This document shows positions 25,405-34,658 of a DNA stretch of 36,598 bases, one piece after another. The notes beneath the pieces were generated by a model that was given only the letters and a program-made list of their open reading frames with translations, did no database searches and was not told the DNA's origin. Position 1 is the first letter of the stretch, and every line of letters begins with the position of its first letter. The translations under genes and the position numbers were made by a program. This stretch comes from a virus. The stretch is from positions 1 to 36,598 of the IMG/VR virus record IMGVR_UViG_3300045988_086561; one strand, 5' to 3'.

Positions 25405-25743
25405 TTATCCGAAGAGCTTGCTCATATGCGTTTCGGCCTCGTGGATCTCCTCGGCGGTGGGCTCGTCCGTTTCGGGTTCGCCGTCCACGTCGCCGAGCAG
25501 CGTGGAAGCGCCGAGGAACTGCAATACGGTGATGTCGGTGGCGCTCATGGGGAACATGAGGCCGATGAGCGAGGCTCCCGTGTAGGAGGACGGGTCGCCG
25601 CACAGCGCCGTGTACAGGTCGATGGCGTCACGGTAGGGGAGACGCCGGCCGAGATCGTGTTCGATGCTCCACCCGAATCGGGCGAAGTCCGCTCGGACCT
25701 TTACTCCGTCATCGGAGTTGAGGATTCGGCAGAAGTCGGCGAT
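25405..25743 (-). CDS. gpT-like extension of the tail assembly chaperone (G-T fusion via -1 frameshift)
   Basis: The -1 frame relative to 25701-26120 continues ..ELGK|IADFCRILNSDDGVKVRADF.. and ends 30 nt before the TMP start. Confidence 0.65.
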   Translation of the reverse strand: MADFCRILNSDDGVKVRADFARFGWSIEHDLGRRLPYRDAIDLYTALCGDPSSYTGASLIGLMFPMSATDITVLQFLGASTLLGDVDGEPETDEPTAEEIHEAETHMSKLFG

Positions 25744-26120
25744 TTTCCCAGTTCGACGCCCTGTGATTTGGCGAGCGTCTCCCCGTAGTCCTGGATGAGG
25801 TTGAACGCGACCTGCATGGGTTCGTGTTCGAGTCGTTCGGCCTGCTCGTCGCCGGCGAAAACGGTGAGGATGCGTTTGACCTGTTCGAGGCTTTCCGTGT
25901 CGGTCTGTGTGTTCGACAGGGCCTCGAAGTCGGCGATGGAAAGATAGAGGGGCAGTTTGTAGACGGTGCCGCCGGGTGTCAGTGCCCAGTATTCGTTGTT
26001 CTTGATGATGTGTCGCACCTTGACCTGGTTGGCGACCTCGGCGAGGGCCTCGGCCTCCCTGGTCTCGTCCCAATCCTCGAATTCAGCGATCGAGGGTGCC
26101 GTGTTCTGCTGCTTTGCCAT
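25701..26120 (-). CDS. Tail assembly chaperone (gpG analogue)
   Basis: Start MAKQQNT preceded by caggag. Lies between the major tail and TMP genes. Confidence 0.7.
   Translation of the reverse strand: MAKQQNTAPSIAEFEDWDETREAEALAEVANQVKVRHIIKNNEYWALTPGGTVYKLPLYLSIADFEALSNTQTDTESLEQVKRILTVFAGDEQAERLEHEPMQVAFNLIQDYGETLAKSQGVELGKSPTSAESSTPMTE
25743..25749 (-). promoter_or_regulatory. -1 programmed frameshift slippery heptamer G_GGA_AAA
   Basis: The - strand reads ctG GGA AAA tcg in the chaperone zero frame (plus strand: ttttccc). Confidence 0.65.
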
Positions 26121-26169
26121 GATGGTTTCTCCTGTCATACGTGTTTCTCCCGTCGTTGGTGTTGGGGCT

Positions 26170-26203
26170 CCCCGCATGCCGACAGGAGAGAGGTCATGCG
26201 GGG
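26170..26203 (-). terminator. Hairpin after the major tail gene (possible attenuator)
   Basis: ccccgcatg, 16-nt loop, catgcgggg (9-bp stem) just downstream of the 26217 stop. Confidence 0.4.
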
Positions 26204-26216
26204 AAGAGTGCTGATG

Positions 26217-26804
26217 TCAGACCGCCGCGTAGGACTGCAGGTAGCGGCTGTTGCCGCCGTCTACGGCGGGATCGAGCTGCCATGTGGCGGTCAGCGAGAG
26301 GCCGGACACCTCGCCGCGCGTATCCTGCGCCGGCTCGTTGCCGGTGATCTGGATGACGCCGAGACGACGGCGTTTGCGGCCGGACTTGTAGATGGTCTCC
26401 TGATAGGCGAACCATTTGGTGTCCTGGATGATGTCCTTGACGTGGTAGACGCCGGTTTCATCGGGCTTTCCGATGGTCATGAGGCGGGTGAGGTCGTTGT
26501 CCTCGGCGGCGGTGAACGCGAGCGTCAGCGTCGGGTCGGCGTTGAGCGTGTAGCCCGGCTGGTGGAATTCGGTGGCGTCGTCGCCGTCGCGGGAGTCCTG
26601 CGGTGCTCCGTCGCTGGTGATGAGGCCAACTGTGGCGGAGGAGGAGCCGAACACGTCGCCGAGTTCGGTGATCGGGTCCGCCACGCTGGGCGCGATCTGC
26701 GAGGCGGTCAGCGTCTTGCCTGCCACATAGGGGGCGACGATGATCTTCGACGTGAGTACGTTCTTGACGGCATTAAGGTCGTTGCCCTGGTTGTCTGCTG
26801 TCAT
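26217..26804 (-). CDS. Major tail protein
   Basis: 195 aa, upstream of the chaperone pair. Synteny fits. Confidence 0.7.
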   Translation of the reverse strand: MTADNQGNDLNAVKNVLTSKIIVAPYVAGKTLTASQIAPSVADPITELGDVFGSSSATVGLITSDGAPQDSRDGDDATEFHQPGYTLNADPTLTLAFTAAEDNDLTRLMTIGKPDETGVYHVKDIIQDTKWFAYQETIYKSGRKRRRLGVIQITGNEPAQDTRGEVSGLSLTATWQLDPAVDGGNSRYLQSYAAV

Positions 26805-26874
26805 TCCATTGTCCTTTCAAAATGAAAAGACCCCGCAACGCATGCAGGGTCTAGGAAAACGGTTAAGGGATTGG

Positions 26875-27291
26875 TTAGTGTTCGCCGACCGTCGAATATT
26901 CGACGATCAGGTAGTAGTGCGCGGTGTCGGAATCGTCGGACACCGGGTATGGGCCGTTGCACGAGGAATCATCCACGGAAACGATTGGCGAGCCCTTGGC
27001 GAGGGCGATGGCCGGATGTTCGGTGAGCGTCGCGTAGACGCGACGGGCGAGAGTCTTGCACGGCTTCTCGTCCTGACGGCTCCATCCGTACACGTTCACG
27101 CCAATCGAACGGTCGAAATGGCCGAGCCCGTCCGCGTTGCCGCCATCGTCCCGGACGGTGACGAGCGGATACGCGCCCTGATAGTCGGGAGGCTTCTTGC
27201 TGCCCACCTGCAAACCATCCACATCGGTGATATGAGTGCGCAGGTAATCACAGAGGAAAGCCTCCATGTCGGGAGGCAGTATCAATGTCAT
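26875..27291 (-). CDS. Tail terminator-like protein (position-based)
   Basis: 138 aa, the last small gene before the major tail gene. Confidence 0.5.
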   Translation of the reverse strand: MTLILPPDMEAFLCDYLRTHITDVDGLQVGSKKPPDYQGAYPLVTVRDDGGNADGLGHFDRSIGVNVYGWSRQDEKPCKTLARRVYATLTEHPAIALAKGSPIVSVDDSSCNGPYPVSDDSDTAHYYLIVEYSTVGEH

Positions 27292-27578
27292 AGCTTCACC
27301 GCCTTCAACGCCTTGCGAAGATTGCCGGTCTTGGATTCGACCAGCATGGTCTTCGGATCATGGCCGACCACCATGAAGGTGGTGCGGTGCGCGCGTTGGA
27401 CGGCCTCGACCTGCAGGCCGTCGCGGTAGGCTCCCGTATCCACTGGCGCGTTGGCCTTGGCCACTCCGAGCGCCTTCTCGGCGGCTCCACGGGTCAGGGC
27501 CCTGACGCCGGCCGAGTTGAGGATCTGGTCGAAAAACGCGTCGTTGAACTTGATGCTGGTCTGTCCGCTTCCGGCCAT
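27288..27578 (-). CDS. HK97 gp10-like tail-component protein
   Basis: ..GAAEKALGVAKANAPVDTGAYRDGLQVE.. is a typical gp10-family motif. Confidence 0.6.
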   Translation of the reverse strand: MAGSGQTSIKFNDAFFDQILNSAGVRALTRGAAEKALGVAKANAPVDTGAYRDGLQVEAVQRAHRTTFMVVGHDPKTMLVESKTGNLRKALKAVKL

Positions 27579-27581
27579 CGG

Positions 27582-27965
27582 CTACCCCTTCCACTCGGTG
27601 AGCTGGACTTCCAATGTGGGCTGCCAGCCGGTAAAGGCGTTGGCATCGCGGCTGGGGAAGCCGCTGACCTCCCACATGCGGCCATCGGCCGGTTCGGGTC
27701 GGATACAGTCACCAAGCCGGATGTCCGCGTTCGGGTCGGCCACGGTGAGCACCGCAGTCGACGTGGTCTGCACGTCCAAAACGTCGGGCGTGCGAGTCGA
27801 ACTGCTCGAAGCCAAAGCTCCTCGCACTTCCAATTCGACGGGTTTCGTCCAGTCCTCGGTGGTCTGCGCGGGATTGTACGGGTCGGCTTTACGTGAGGCG
27901 CGCAGCCGCACGAACCGTGTGGCCGCAGGCAGGCCGGAGGCGTTGATGTCATCGATGATGCTCAC
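27582..27965 (-). CDS. Head-closure / head-tail adaptor protein
   Basis: Size and synteny. Confidence 0.5.
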   Translation of the reverse strand: MSIIDDINASGLPAATRFVRLRASRKADPYNPAQTTEDWTKPVELEVRGALASSSSTRTPDVLDVQTTSTAVLTVADPNADIRLGDCIRPEPADGRMWEVSGFPSRDANAFTGWQPTLEVQLTEWKG

Positions 27966-28477
27966 GGCAGCGCTCCTAGCTTGTACCGGTCGAGTTTCGC
28001 CAGCTCGTCGGCCATCAACGACACGTTGTAGGTGACGCTGCTGCCGTTGACCGACTGGGATTGGATGACGCCGGCGGAGGCCATGCTCGCACGCTTCGCG
28101 GCGTTGATGAGCACGCCCATCACGTCCGGCACCTCATCCGGCGTATAGCCGGCGTGGATGCGGTAGCGTATCGCGGCGACGCCGGCCGGGAATGCGCCGG
28201 TGGTGCATTCTACCAAACCCGTGGTGGGGTCGTAGGCGTAGTGCAGCCGGTTGCCGGCGCTGTCGGTCAGCTCGTCGACGGAGGTGACATGGCGTGCGGG
28301 GAGACGAATCACCTTGCCTCCCCGCGAATTGGCTACGCCCGACAGTTCGATGTTCGGCGTGATATGCCAGCCGCACGTGCGGCGGATGGCCGCCTGCGCC
28401 GCCTTCAGCCAGAACTCGCCGTCAGCGTCGAAGCCTGACGGGTCGGTGATGATGTCGGGAATGGTTTCATCGGCCAT
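27962..28477 (-). CDS. Head-tail connector (gp6-like)
   Basis: Size and synteny. First gene of the connector block. Confidence 0.55.
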   Translation of the reverse strand: MADETIPDIITDPSGFDADGEFWLKAAQAAIRRTCGWHITPNIELSGVANSRGGKVIRLPARHVTSVDELTDSAGNRLHYAYDPTTGLVECTTGAFPAGVAAIRYRIHAGYTPDEVPDVMGVLINAAKRASMASAGVIQSQSVNGSSVTYNVSLMADELAKLDRYKLGALP

Positions 28478-28500
28478 CGTTCGCCTCCAGTCGATTCACG

Positions 28501-28890
28501 TTAGGCCACGGTGAAGGCGTGCGACTTGTCGTCGGTGCCGACCCAAGTGCCGCCGGTGATGGCACTGTCGGAGTTCTTGGTCAGGGAAATCGACTTCACG
28601 CCCACGCCGGCGGCACCGGGAGCACCATTCTTGCCGGCTGGCCCCGGATCGCCATTGCCGCCTTTCGCGCCGGCCGGAATGCCAAGCGTGAGCACGCCAT
28701 CCGCGAGCGTCGCGGTGGGAGCCGCGCCGGCGGCGAGGGCCACGGCCGTCACCGAGGTGATGGCCGCACCGTTCGCCTTGGTCAGGTCGATGGGATTGCC
28801 GGCGGCGTCGACCACGACCACCGGCTGCGGATACGTGCTGCCATCACCGGTATCGACCCCGGTCTGCAGCACCTTGGTTGCGTCACTCAT
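28501..28890 (-). CDS. Small head-associated protein with a collagen-like Gly-X-Y stretch (decoration or head-fibre candidate)
   Basis: GAKGGNGDPGPAGKNGAPGAAG run. Lies between the capsid and connector genes. Confidence 0.55.
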   Translation of the reverse strand: MSDATKVLQTGVDTGDGSTYPQPVVVVDAAGNPIDLTKANGAAITSVTAVALAAGAAPTATLADGVLTLGIPAGAKGGNGDPGPAGKNGAPGAAGVGVKSISLTKNSDSAITGGTWVGTDDKSHAFTVA

Positions 28891-28901
28891 CGGCGGTCAC
28901 C

Positions 28902-30110
28902 TCACTTGGCCTTCTTGCCGAGGGCGACGGACACGAACGCCTTCGGGTACTTGACCTGCAGGCCGAGGCGTTCGCGCACGCGGAACGTGATGAGATCGTT
29001 CGTGAAATCATCGGAATGCGAGTTGGTGGACTCGGCGCGCAGACCGCCCTTACGGATGACCGCGCCGCCGAGCTTAAACGCGCCGACCAGAGCGGTGCCC
29101 TGGGCGATGGCCTCGGTGACCACGGTCTTGAGGCCCCACAGCGGCGGATCCTGCATGATGGTGCCGTTGCCGTACTGGCCGTTGAAGTAGCCGCCGCCGT
29201 AGTACTGGCCGTTCGCGTCCTTGGAGAGGCGAATGGCCTCGTAGTCGGCGGGGTTGATGACCAGCGCGTCCGCTCGGAAACCGGTGGCCAGCGCGATCTT
29301 GGTGCGGGCCTTGAAGATGCGGTCCGGGTCGGAGTCGGTGTCCTGCACCATCTTCTGGATGTCGCGGGAGAGCAGACCCTTGATGTTCGCATCGGAGCCG
29401 TTGCCGGACAGCAGCTGGGTCTCTTCCAGCAGCTGCAGGTTGTAGCGGGCGTGGTTGTTGATTTCGGAGACGATGTAGGAGAGGTCTTCGGCCATGTTGT
29501 CGGTGACCTTCCACCAGGCGGCGACCTCCTTGAGGCTGTCGGACTCCCAGCGGGGGGCCGGCAGATGGGTCTGCGGCTTGGCACCGCCCTCGCCCACGGT
29601 TCCAGCGCCGCCCTCGAGCGCGCCATAGACGGGGTATTCCACGGTGTTGGCGTTGCCGCTCAGGGTGACGGAGCCGAACAGGTCGGCGACCACGAGCGGA
29701 CGCTCGTAAGGCCACACGCCGTTCATGTCAATCTGGGTGACGACCGGCTGGTATCCGGTGCCAGCCGTGCCGGTGCCCGCCACGTGCATGTCGGTCGCGG
29801 CCTTGAACTCGCTGGAAGCGAACGGGTGCGCCTTGGTGCCGATGACGGTCATGCCGGCCTTCTTCAGCTCCTGCGCGTACAAGTCGCCCAGCGTCTTGGC
29901 GGCGGGAGCCGTCTTGGCCTCGGGCTTCACATCGTCCACGTTCAGGTCGTTCACGCCCTTGAACAGGTCGACGCGCTCCTGAAGACGCTTGGCCTCCTCG
30001 AAGCGGTTCTTCAGTTCGGTCGCCTCATCATCGGTGAGGTTCTCCATGCCCTTGTCGTACAGGGCCTTGACCGCCTTCTTCTCGGCGGCCAGCTTCTCCA
30101 TGTAACCCAT
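28902..30110 (-). CDS. Major capsid protein, HK97 family
   Basis: 402 aa. N-terminal coiled delta-like region (MEKLAAEKKAVKALYDKGMENLTDDEATELKNRFEEAKRLQERV). Follows a prohead protease, with no separate scaffold gene. Confidence 0.85.
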   Translation of the reverse strand: MGYMEKLAAEKKAVKALYDKGMENLTDDEATELKNRFEEAKRLQERVDLFKGVNDLNVDDVKPEAKTAPAAKTLGDLYAQELKKAGMTVIGTKAHPFASSEFKAATDMHVAGTGTAGTGYQPVVTQIDMNGVWPYERPLVVADLFGSVTLSGNANTVEYPVYGALEGGAGTVGEGGAKPQTHLPAPRWESDSLKEVAAWWKVTDNMAEDLSYIVSEINNHARYNLQLLEETQLLSGNGSDANIKGLLSRDIQKMVQDTDSDPDRIFKARTKIALATGFRADALVINPADYEAIRLSKDANGQYYGGGYFNGQYGNGTIMQDPPLWGLKTVVTEAIAQGTALVGAFKLGGAVIRKGGLRAESTNSHSDDFTNDLITFRVRERLGLQVKYPKAFVSVALGKKAK

Positions 30111-30122
30111 GGATCATCCTTT

Positions 30123-30881
30123 CTATTGGTTGTTTGCCAGCGAGAGGAAGTCGCTGATTTCCTTGGCCCACTGCGGGTCAAAACTCTTTTTCGCCTTGCC
30201 GTCGTCCGGCTCGGGCTTGTCCGAATCGTCCGGCGTATCGTCGTCCGGCTCGTCATCGGGTTTGGAATCGTCCGGCTCGTCGTCGGGGGTTTCGGTGATG
30301 GAATCAAGCAGTTCGCCCAATGCCTCGTAGGCCGTGCGAATCTTGTCCTCGTTCGCCTTGCTTATGGCCCGGCCGGCCTTGACCTCGAGCACCTCGGCCC
30401 CCTGATTGGCGGCGACCTGCACGAGACTGATCTCAAATAGTTTGAGCTGGCGAATCTCCCGGTAGCCGTCCCAAGGGCTCTTCGCCTCCTCGCTTTCGAC
30501 CCACGCGGTCTTCTCGGCGATGAAACCGATGCTCATCTGGTGGATGAGGCCACGCTTGAGCAGGTCGTAGGCTCGCTTGCCCTCCGCGATGTCGGTGTCG
30601 AGCTTCGCGGTGATGAGCAGGCCATGCTCGTCCTCCACGGCGCTCAACGTCTCCCCGATCACATCGTTCGGAGAGCCGTCCTTGTGCTGCCAGTGAATCG
30701 GAATGCCCGCGCCGCCCGCCTTGAAGTCAGCGGATAAGGTCTGCTCGAAGGCACCCTTGACGATCACATCGTCGTACAGGTCTTTCTCCCACGTGCTCGC
30801 GTAGCCGGAGAACACTCCTCCGCCGCTGTTGTCGGTGGCCTTGAGCTCCTTGAGCTCGTAGCCGAGATAATCAAGACTCAT
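30123..30881 (-). CDS. Prohead protease, HK97 family, with acidic repeat tail
   Basis: ..IPIHWQHKDG.. and ..QMSIGFIAEK.. (His/Ser context typical of this family). Lies between the portal and capsid genes. Confidence 0.8.
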   Translation of the reverse strand: MSLDYLGYELKELKATDNSGGGVFSGYASTWEKDLYDDVIVKGAFEQTLSADFKAGGAGIPIHWQHKDGSPNDVIGETLSAVEDEHGLLITAKLDTDIAEGKRAYDLLKRGLIHQMSIGFIAEKTAWVESEEAKSPWDGYREIRQLKLFEISLVQVAANQGAEVLEVKAGRAISKANEDKIRTAYEALGELLDSITETPDDEPDDSKPDDEPDDDTPDDSDKPEPDDGKAKKSFDPQWAKEISDFLSLANNQ

Positions 30882-32271
30882 CTGAGGTTTCTCCCTTCGT
30901 CATCGAGTCCCATGACGCGCGGAAACCGGCGTCATACGTGTAGAGGCGTTTGAATTCGGCGAGCATCTGCTTGCCGTTCGGACTCGCGCCCTGCTGCGCG
31001 TTCTGCGTCTGTCCGCCGTCCTGCGGGCTGGGCTGACCGCCCTCGCTCACGTTGAGCGGGGTTATCAACTGGTCGCCGCCCGGCAGTTTCGGCCGGTCGA
31101 GCAGTTCGCGCGCCTCGTCGGTGGTCATGAACGGACGGCCGGTGGCGGTGGAGAGCGCCTGATACTGGGTCTCCATCGTGCCGCGCAGCTTCGCGTCCAA
31201 ATTCGCCTTGATGTAGCAGTCCGGTTCGCCCACCGCCTCGGGCAGCGTGAGGTTCAACGCCTCCTCGAACGCCACCAGATACGGCAGCAATTCCACGTTC
31301 CACAGCTTTTCCTTGTATGCGGCGATGTTGCTGTTGGTGCCGGTGCGGAAGCCGATGTTTTCTGGGCTGATTTGGAATGCGAGGCACACCTGTTCGTTGA
31401 TTTTTTCGCGTGCCTCCAAGTCGGCCATGTCCACCGGTTTGAACAGGTTGTCGACGGTGCGGATCTCCATGCCGTCTTTGAATACCGGCCATGTGCCGGC
31501 CATGCCGCCGCCTGCAACGTAGTTGCGCAGGCCTTGGGTGAAATCGTCGTAGTCGGCCTGTGACTCCCAGGGCATTTCCTTGGGCCGGTACACGTAGGCG
31601 GGTATCTGGTAGCCGTTTTCGGCTATCGATTTGCGGTATTTCGCCATCACCCTTGCCTCCGCGAGCAAGGGGCGCAGCACGTCGGTGATCGGGTCGCCGA
31701 GGTTCAGGCCGTCGATGTAGCCGATGTCGAGCACGATTCGCGGATCCGGCAGCCGATAGGTGCCGCCCTTGTTCTCGGCGACGCTGCTGATGGTCACACC
31801 TGTCAGCTCGCCGAAACCGTTCGCCGTGAGACTGTATCCGTCCGGGGGGATGCGGCGCAGCGTATTCCCGTCACCCGCACGATTGCTGCCGAGCGTGCAC
31901 AACCACCTGTCCTCGAGCAGCATGTCACGGATGAGAGTCGCGTAAAACCTATAGCGGCTCATGCCCGGCAAATCGCTCGGATGGCGGATGAGCTTGGCCA
32001 GTGCGCCGTCGCGCACCTCTTCCGCGTCGCCGTCCGCGTTCTTCCGATACACCTTGAGCGGCAGGGAGGCGAGTTGGCGGCTGATGAAGTCCACGACAAC
32101 GCGGACCGCGTATTCGCGACAGTACATGCCGTTCGCATAGCCGGCGAATTCGGCGTCGGTGGGCCAGCTGATGGCCTCGGGCATCGAATCCATGATGGTC
32201 GGTGTCTCCGGTTCAGCGTTCTTCATCGCCAGCACGGCCGGGCCGTGCAGCAGATTGTTCAGAAATCCCAT
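30871..32271 (-). CDS. Portal protein, HK97 family
   Basis: 466 aa, between the TerL and protease genes. Confidence 0.85.
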   Translation of the reverse strand: MGFLNNLLHGPAVLAMKNAEPETPTIMDSMPEAISWPTDAEFAGYANGMYCREYAVRVVVDFISRQLASLPLKVYRKNADGDAEEVRDGALAKLIRHPSDLPGMSRYRFYATLIRDMLLEDRWLCTLGSNRAGDGNTLRRIPPDGYSLTANGFGELTGVTISSVAENKGGTYRLPDPRIVLDIGYIDGLNLGDPITDVLRPLLAEARVMAKYRKSIAENGYQIPAYVYRPKEMPWESQADYDDFTQGLRNYVAGGGMAGTWPVFKDGMEIRTVDNLFKPVDMADLEAREKINEQVCLAFQISPENIGFRTGTNSNIAAYKEKLWNVELLPYLVAFEEALNLTLPEAVGEPDCYIKANLDAKLRGTMETQYQALSTATGRPFMTTDEARELLDRPKLPGGDQLITPLNVSEGGQPSPQDGGQTQNAQQGASPNGKQMLAEFKRLYTYDAGFRASWDSMTKGETSDES

Positions 32272-32293
32272 CCACGGCTCCTTCGGAAGATGG

Positions 32294-33886
32294 CTAGAAT
32301 GTGACTCGCACGTTGTGCGAGGGCTCGTATTTCGGTTTCTCTGGCTCGCCGCTCATCGTCTCGAGCGCGTACAAGGCCTGACTTTCGGCGATGAGGCCGG
32401 AAATGTGCATCGCGCTCTGGTTCCGGTCCCACACCTCGACCTCACCCAATCGGCGGGTCACGGCGACGTTCACCTGTTGTTCGATGGCCGGCTGGGGGAG
32501 GTGCCGGAGCTTGTTTTCCTTCACCCGGTCGCGGAAACGGCCGGTCGCGGCTCCCAAGCGGAAGCCCTCGATGAGGTGCACCGTCCAACCGGCCTCCGCG
32601 AGCGGATCCGCGAAGTCCACCGCCGGGCAGCCCTTGGACTGCACGGCGATTTCATGGATGTTCGGCCATGCCTCGCGAAGCAGCTTCAAGTACTTCGGCA
32701 CCCAGAGCATGCCGTCACGGCGCACGATCAGTTCGACGTGCGGCAGGCCATCCTCGCGGTAGCCTGCGGCGGCGATATACGTGGTCTCTCTATCGGCGGA
32801 AGTATCCACGGAAAGCACCACGCGCCCGTCATCGGGGATACAGGACTTCGGGTCGATGCCGCGCTTCCACAGCTTCGGATTGATGTACGGCGTGATGTCC
32901 GCCGTCACCCACTGGCACAAGACCTCGGTGCGATACGCGGCCTCGGTCATGCCGTTGATGTCAGCCGAGATGCTACGAAAAGTCATCGGCCCATAACCCA
33001 TGGAGGGGTTCGCCTGACGGATACCGTCAAGGTCATCCAGCTCGCATTTATCCGGAGCCGACCACTCGAAATACCCATAGGATGGGTCGTGCTCCTCGGC
33101 CCATTCGTCCGGCGACTGCTTGCCGGTTTCAACCGAAGCGTTCCACGAATCCGCCAGGGCGCGTCCCTCGTCGACGACTCGGCGCAGCACGACGCTGCGA
33201 TAGTCGCCCGCGTTCGAGATACCCCACAACTGACTGGACCAGATGGCCTTCGTGGTCTGACTGACCGCATTCCAGCCATCGTCGGTGTGCTGCTCTCGCA
33301 ACTCGTCGAACACGACGCGGCTGGCGCTCTTGGAACGGATGTTCTTGTCGGCTCGCACGATGTACTGCGCCTTGTTCCGGCAGATGATCGCTTCCTCGCC
33401 ATGCGAATTGTTGACGCGCTGCACACGTTTTTGCAAAACCGGAACCGCAAGAGCGGCCTCGCCCTCGGAAGCCGGATTCGGATTACACCAGTTCAATACG
33501 GCCTGATATGGGGCGCGCGCGTTATCCAACGTCTGCGCGGCACCGACCACGAGAAACTTCCACGCCGGCGACAACTCCGGGTGGCGAGCGGAGTCGACGA
33601 ACAGCCACCACGCGCACAGTACGCTCATGAGCGTGGTCTTGCCGTTCTGGCGCGCGACCTCGGTGACAACTCGGCGGAACCGGTAGGAGCCGTCCGGCAG
33701 AAGCTCAAGCCCGTGGATCAGCAGCCATTTCTGCCACGGGAAAAGATGCACGTGGAGAAACTTTTCGGCGAACTCGATGACCGCGTAGCCGTTTGATGTT
33801 TCCGGCGTCAGTTCGCGCAGCGGGGGAGTGAATATGCGTGGCGTGGTGATGCCGTGGGCATCGTCGTTGATTTCGCCGATGCCCAT
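32294..33886 (-). CDS. terL: Terminase large subunit (intact)
   Basis: FPWQKWL, Walker A ARQNGKTT, and nuclease motif VVLSVDTSADRETT. Confidence 0.9.
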   Translation of the reverse strand: MGIGEINDDAHGITTPRIFTPPLRELTPETSNGYAVIEFAEKFLHVHLFPWQKWLLIHGLELLPDGSYRFRRVVTEVARQNGKTTLMSVLCAWWLFVDSARHPELSPAWKFLVVGAAQTLDNARAPYQAVLNWCNPNPASEGEAALAVPVLQKRVQRVNNSHGEEAIICRNKAQYIVRADKNIRSKSASRVVFDELREQHTDDGWNAVSQTTKAIWSSQLWGISNAGDYRSVVLRRVVDEGRALADSWNASVETGKQSPDEWAEEHDPSYGYFEWSAPDKCELDDLDGIRQANPSMGYGPMTFRSISADINGMTEAAYRTEVLCQWVTADITPYINPKLWKRGIDPKSCIPDDGRVVLSVDTSADRETTYIAAAGYREDGLPHVELIVRRDGMLWVPKYLKLLREAWPNIHEIAVQSKGCPAVDFADPLAEAGWTVHLIEGFRLGAATGRFRDRVKENKLRHLPQPAIEQQVNVAVTRRLGEVEVWDRNQSAMHISGLIAESQALYALETMSGEPEKPKYEPSHNVRVTF

Positions 33887-33894
33887 GACGCCTC

Positions 33895-34263
33895 CTAGCT
33901 GATTTTCGCCAGATACTCCTCAAGCTCATCCGCCACCGGAGTCGCCTCGGGCTTGGCGGCCTTGCCCCTCGCCGGTTTCGCCGGCTTCTCCTCCTCGGGA
34001 ACCAGTCCGAGAGCCGCGCAATATTTCAGGAACGTCGGCAGCGAGGTATTGTCGTTCTGCGGCACAGCCGGACGGGTACCCTTTCCCTTCGCTTCGGCGT
34101 CCGATATGGCCTGTTCCGCCAATTCGTCCCAATGGTCGATTTTCCATGCAAGGGCCCGGGCGGCGGCGACCGTGGCTGCGTCCTTCGCGCGCAGATGCTT
34201 GGCGTTGCGCAGCGAACGCTCCAATGCGTCGGCCACCGTTTCCTGCGGAAACTGTTTCGGCAT
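33895..34263 (-). CDS. terS: Terminase small subunit (position-based)
   Basis: ATG at 34263 follows gaaggagg. Directly upstream of TerL. C-terminal Lys/Pro/Ala-rich tail. Confidence 0.55.
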   Translation of the reverse strand: MPKQFPQETVADALERSLRNAKHLRAKDAATVAAARALAWKIDHWDELAEQAISDAEAKGKGTRPAVPQNDNTSLPTFLKYCAALGLVPEEEKPAKPARGKAAKPEATPVADELEEYLAKIS

Positions 34264-34387
34264 GGAACCTCCTTCGCGCGCGACCCCGGCCGAATATCGA
34301 ATATTTTTCGGAGGGAGAGGAAGAGCGGCCATGCGGGTAGTGTCCCGGTGGCGGCCGGTTTTGGGATTTTACCGCCCCTCCCGGTGG

Positions 34388-34645
34388 TCAGGCTTTGATG
34401 GCGTTGGTGAATGCGTTGATTCCTGCGGTGAGGATTCGTGTGAAGCCCACGCTATCAACTTTCGGCATTATCGTGCCGTTGTTGTTGACGACTTCAACTG
34501 TGATTGGTAGGTCTGCGTCGACGCTGGCGAGGTCATAGCTTACGTTGTCCGCGCTGAGGCTGGCGCTGATGTGGAGTGTGATGGTGCCGGTTGCTTCGCG
34601 CAGTGTTTGCCCGCATGCGGTCTTGACCGGTTCGTCGATGTCCAT
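34388..34645 (-). CDS. Hypothetical protein (85 aa)
   Basis: ATG preceded by aggagc. Only the last 85 codons of the 248-aa track ORF look coding. No counterpart in the left arm. Confidence 0.45.
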   Translation of the reverse strand: MDIDEPVKTACGQTLREATGTITLHISASLSADNVSYDLASVDADLPITVEVVNNNGTIMPKVDSVGFTRILTAGINAFTNAIKA

Positions 34646-34658
34646 GATTGTGTTGCTC

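Noticed and set aside
28878-30440. 520-aa + strand ORF, and similar long antisense ORFs at 32159-33796 (+), 15885-17189 (-), 7628-8488 (-), 6226-7029 (-) and 11284-11853 (-)
   Set aside because: All lie opposite genes with clear phage structural or terminase signatures and have low-complexity Arg/Gly/Val-rich translations. They are GC-driven open frames, not genes.
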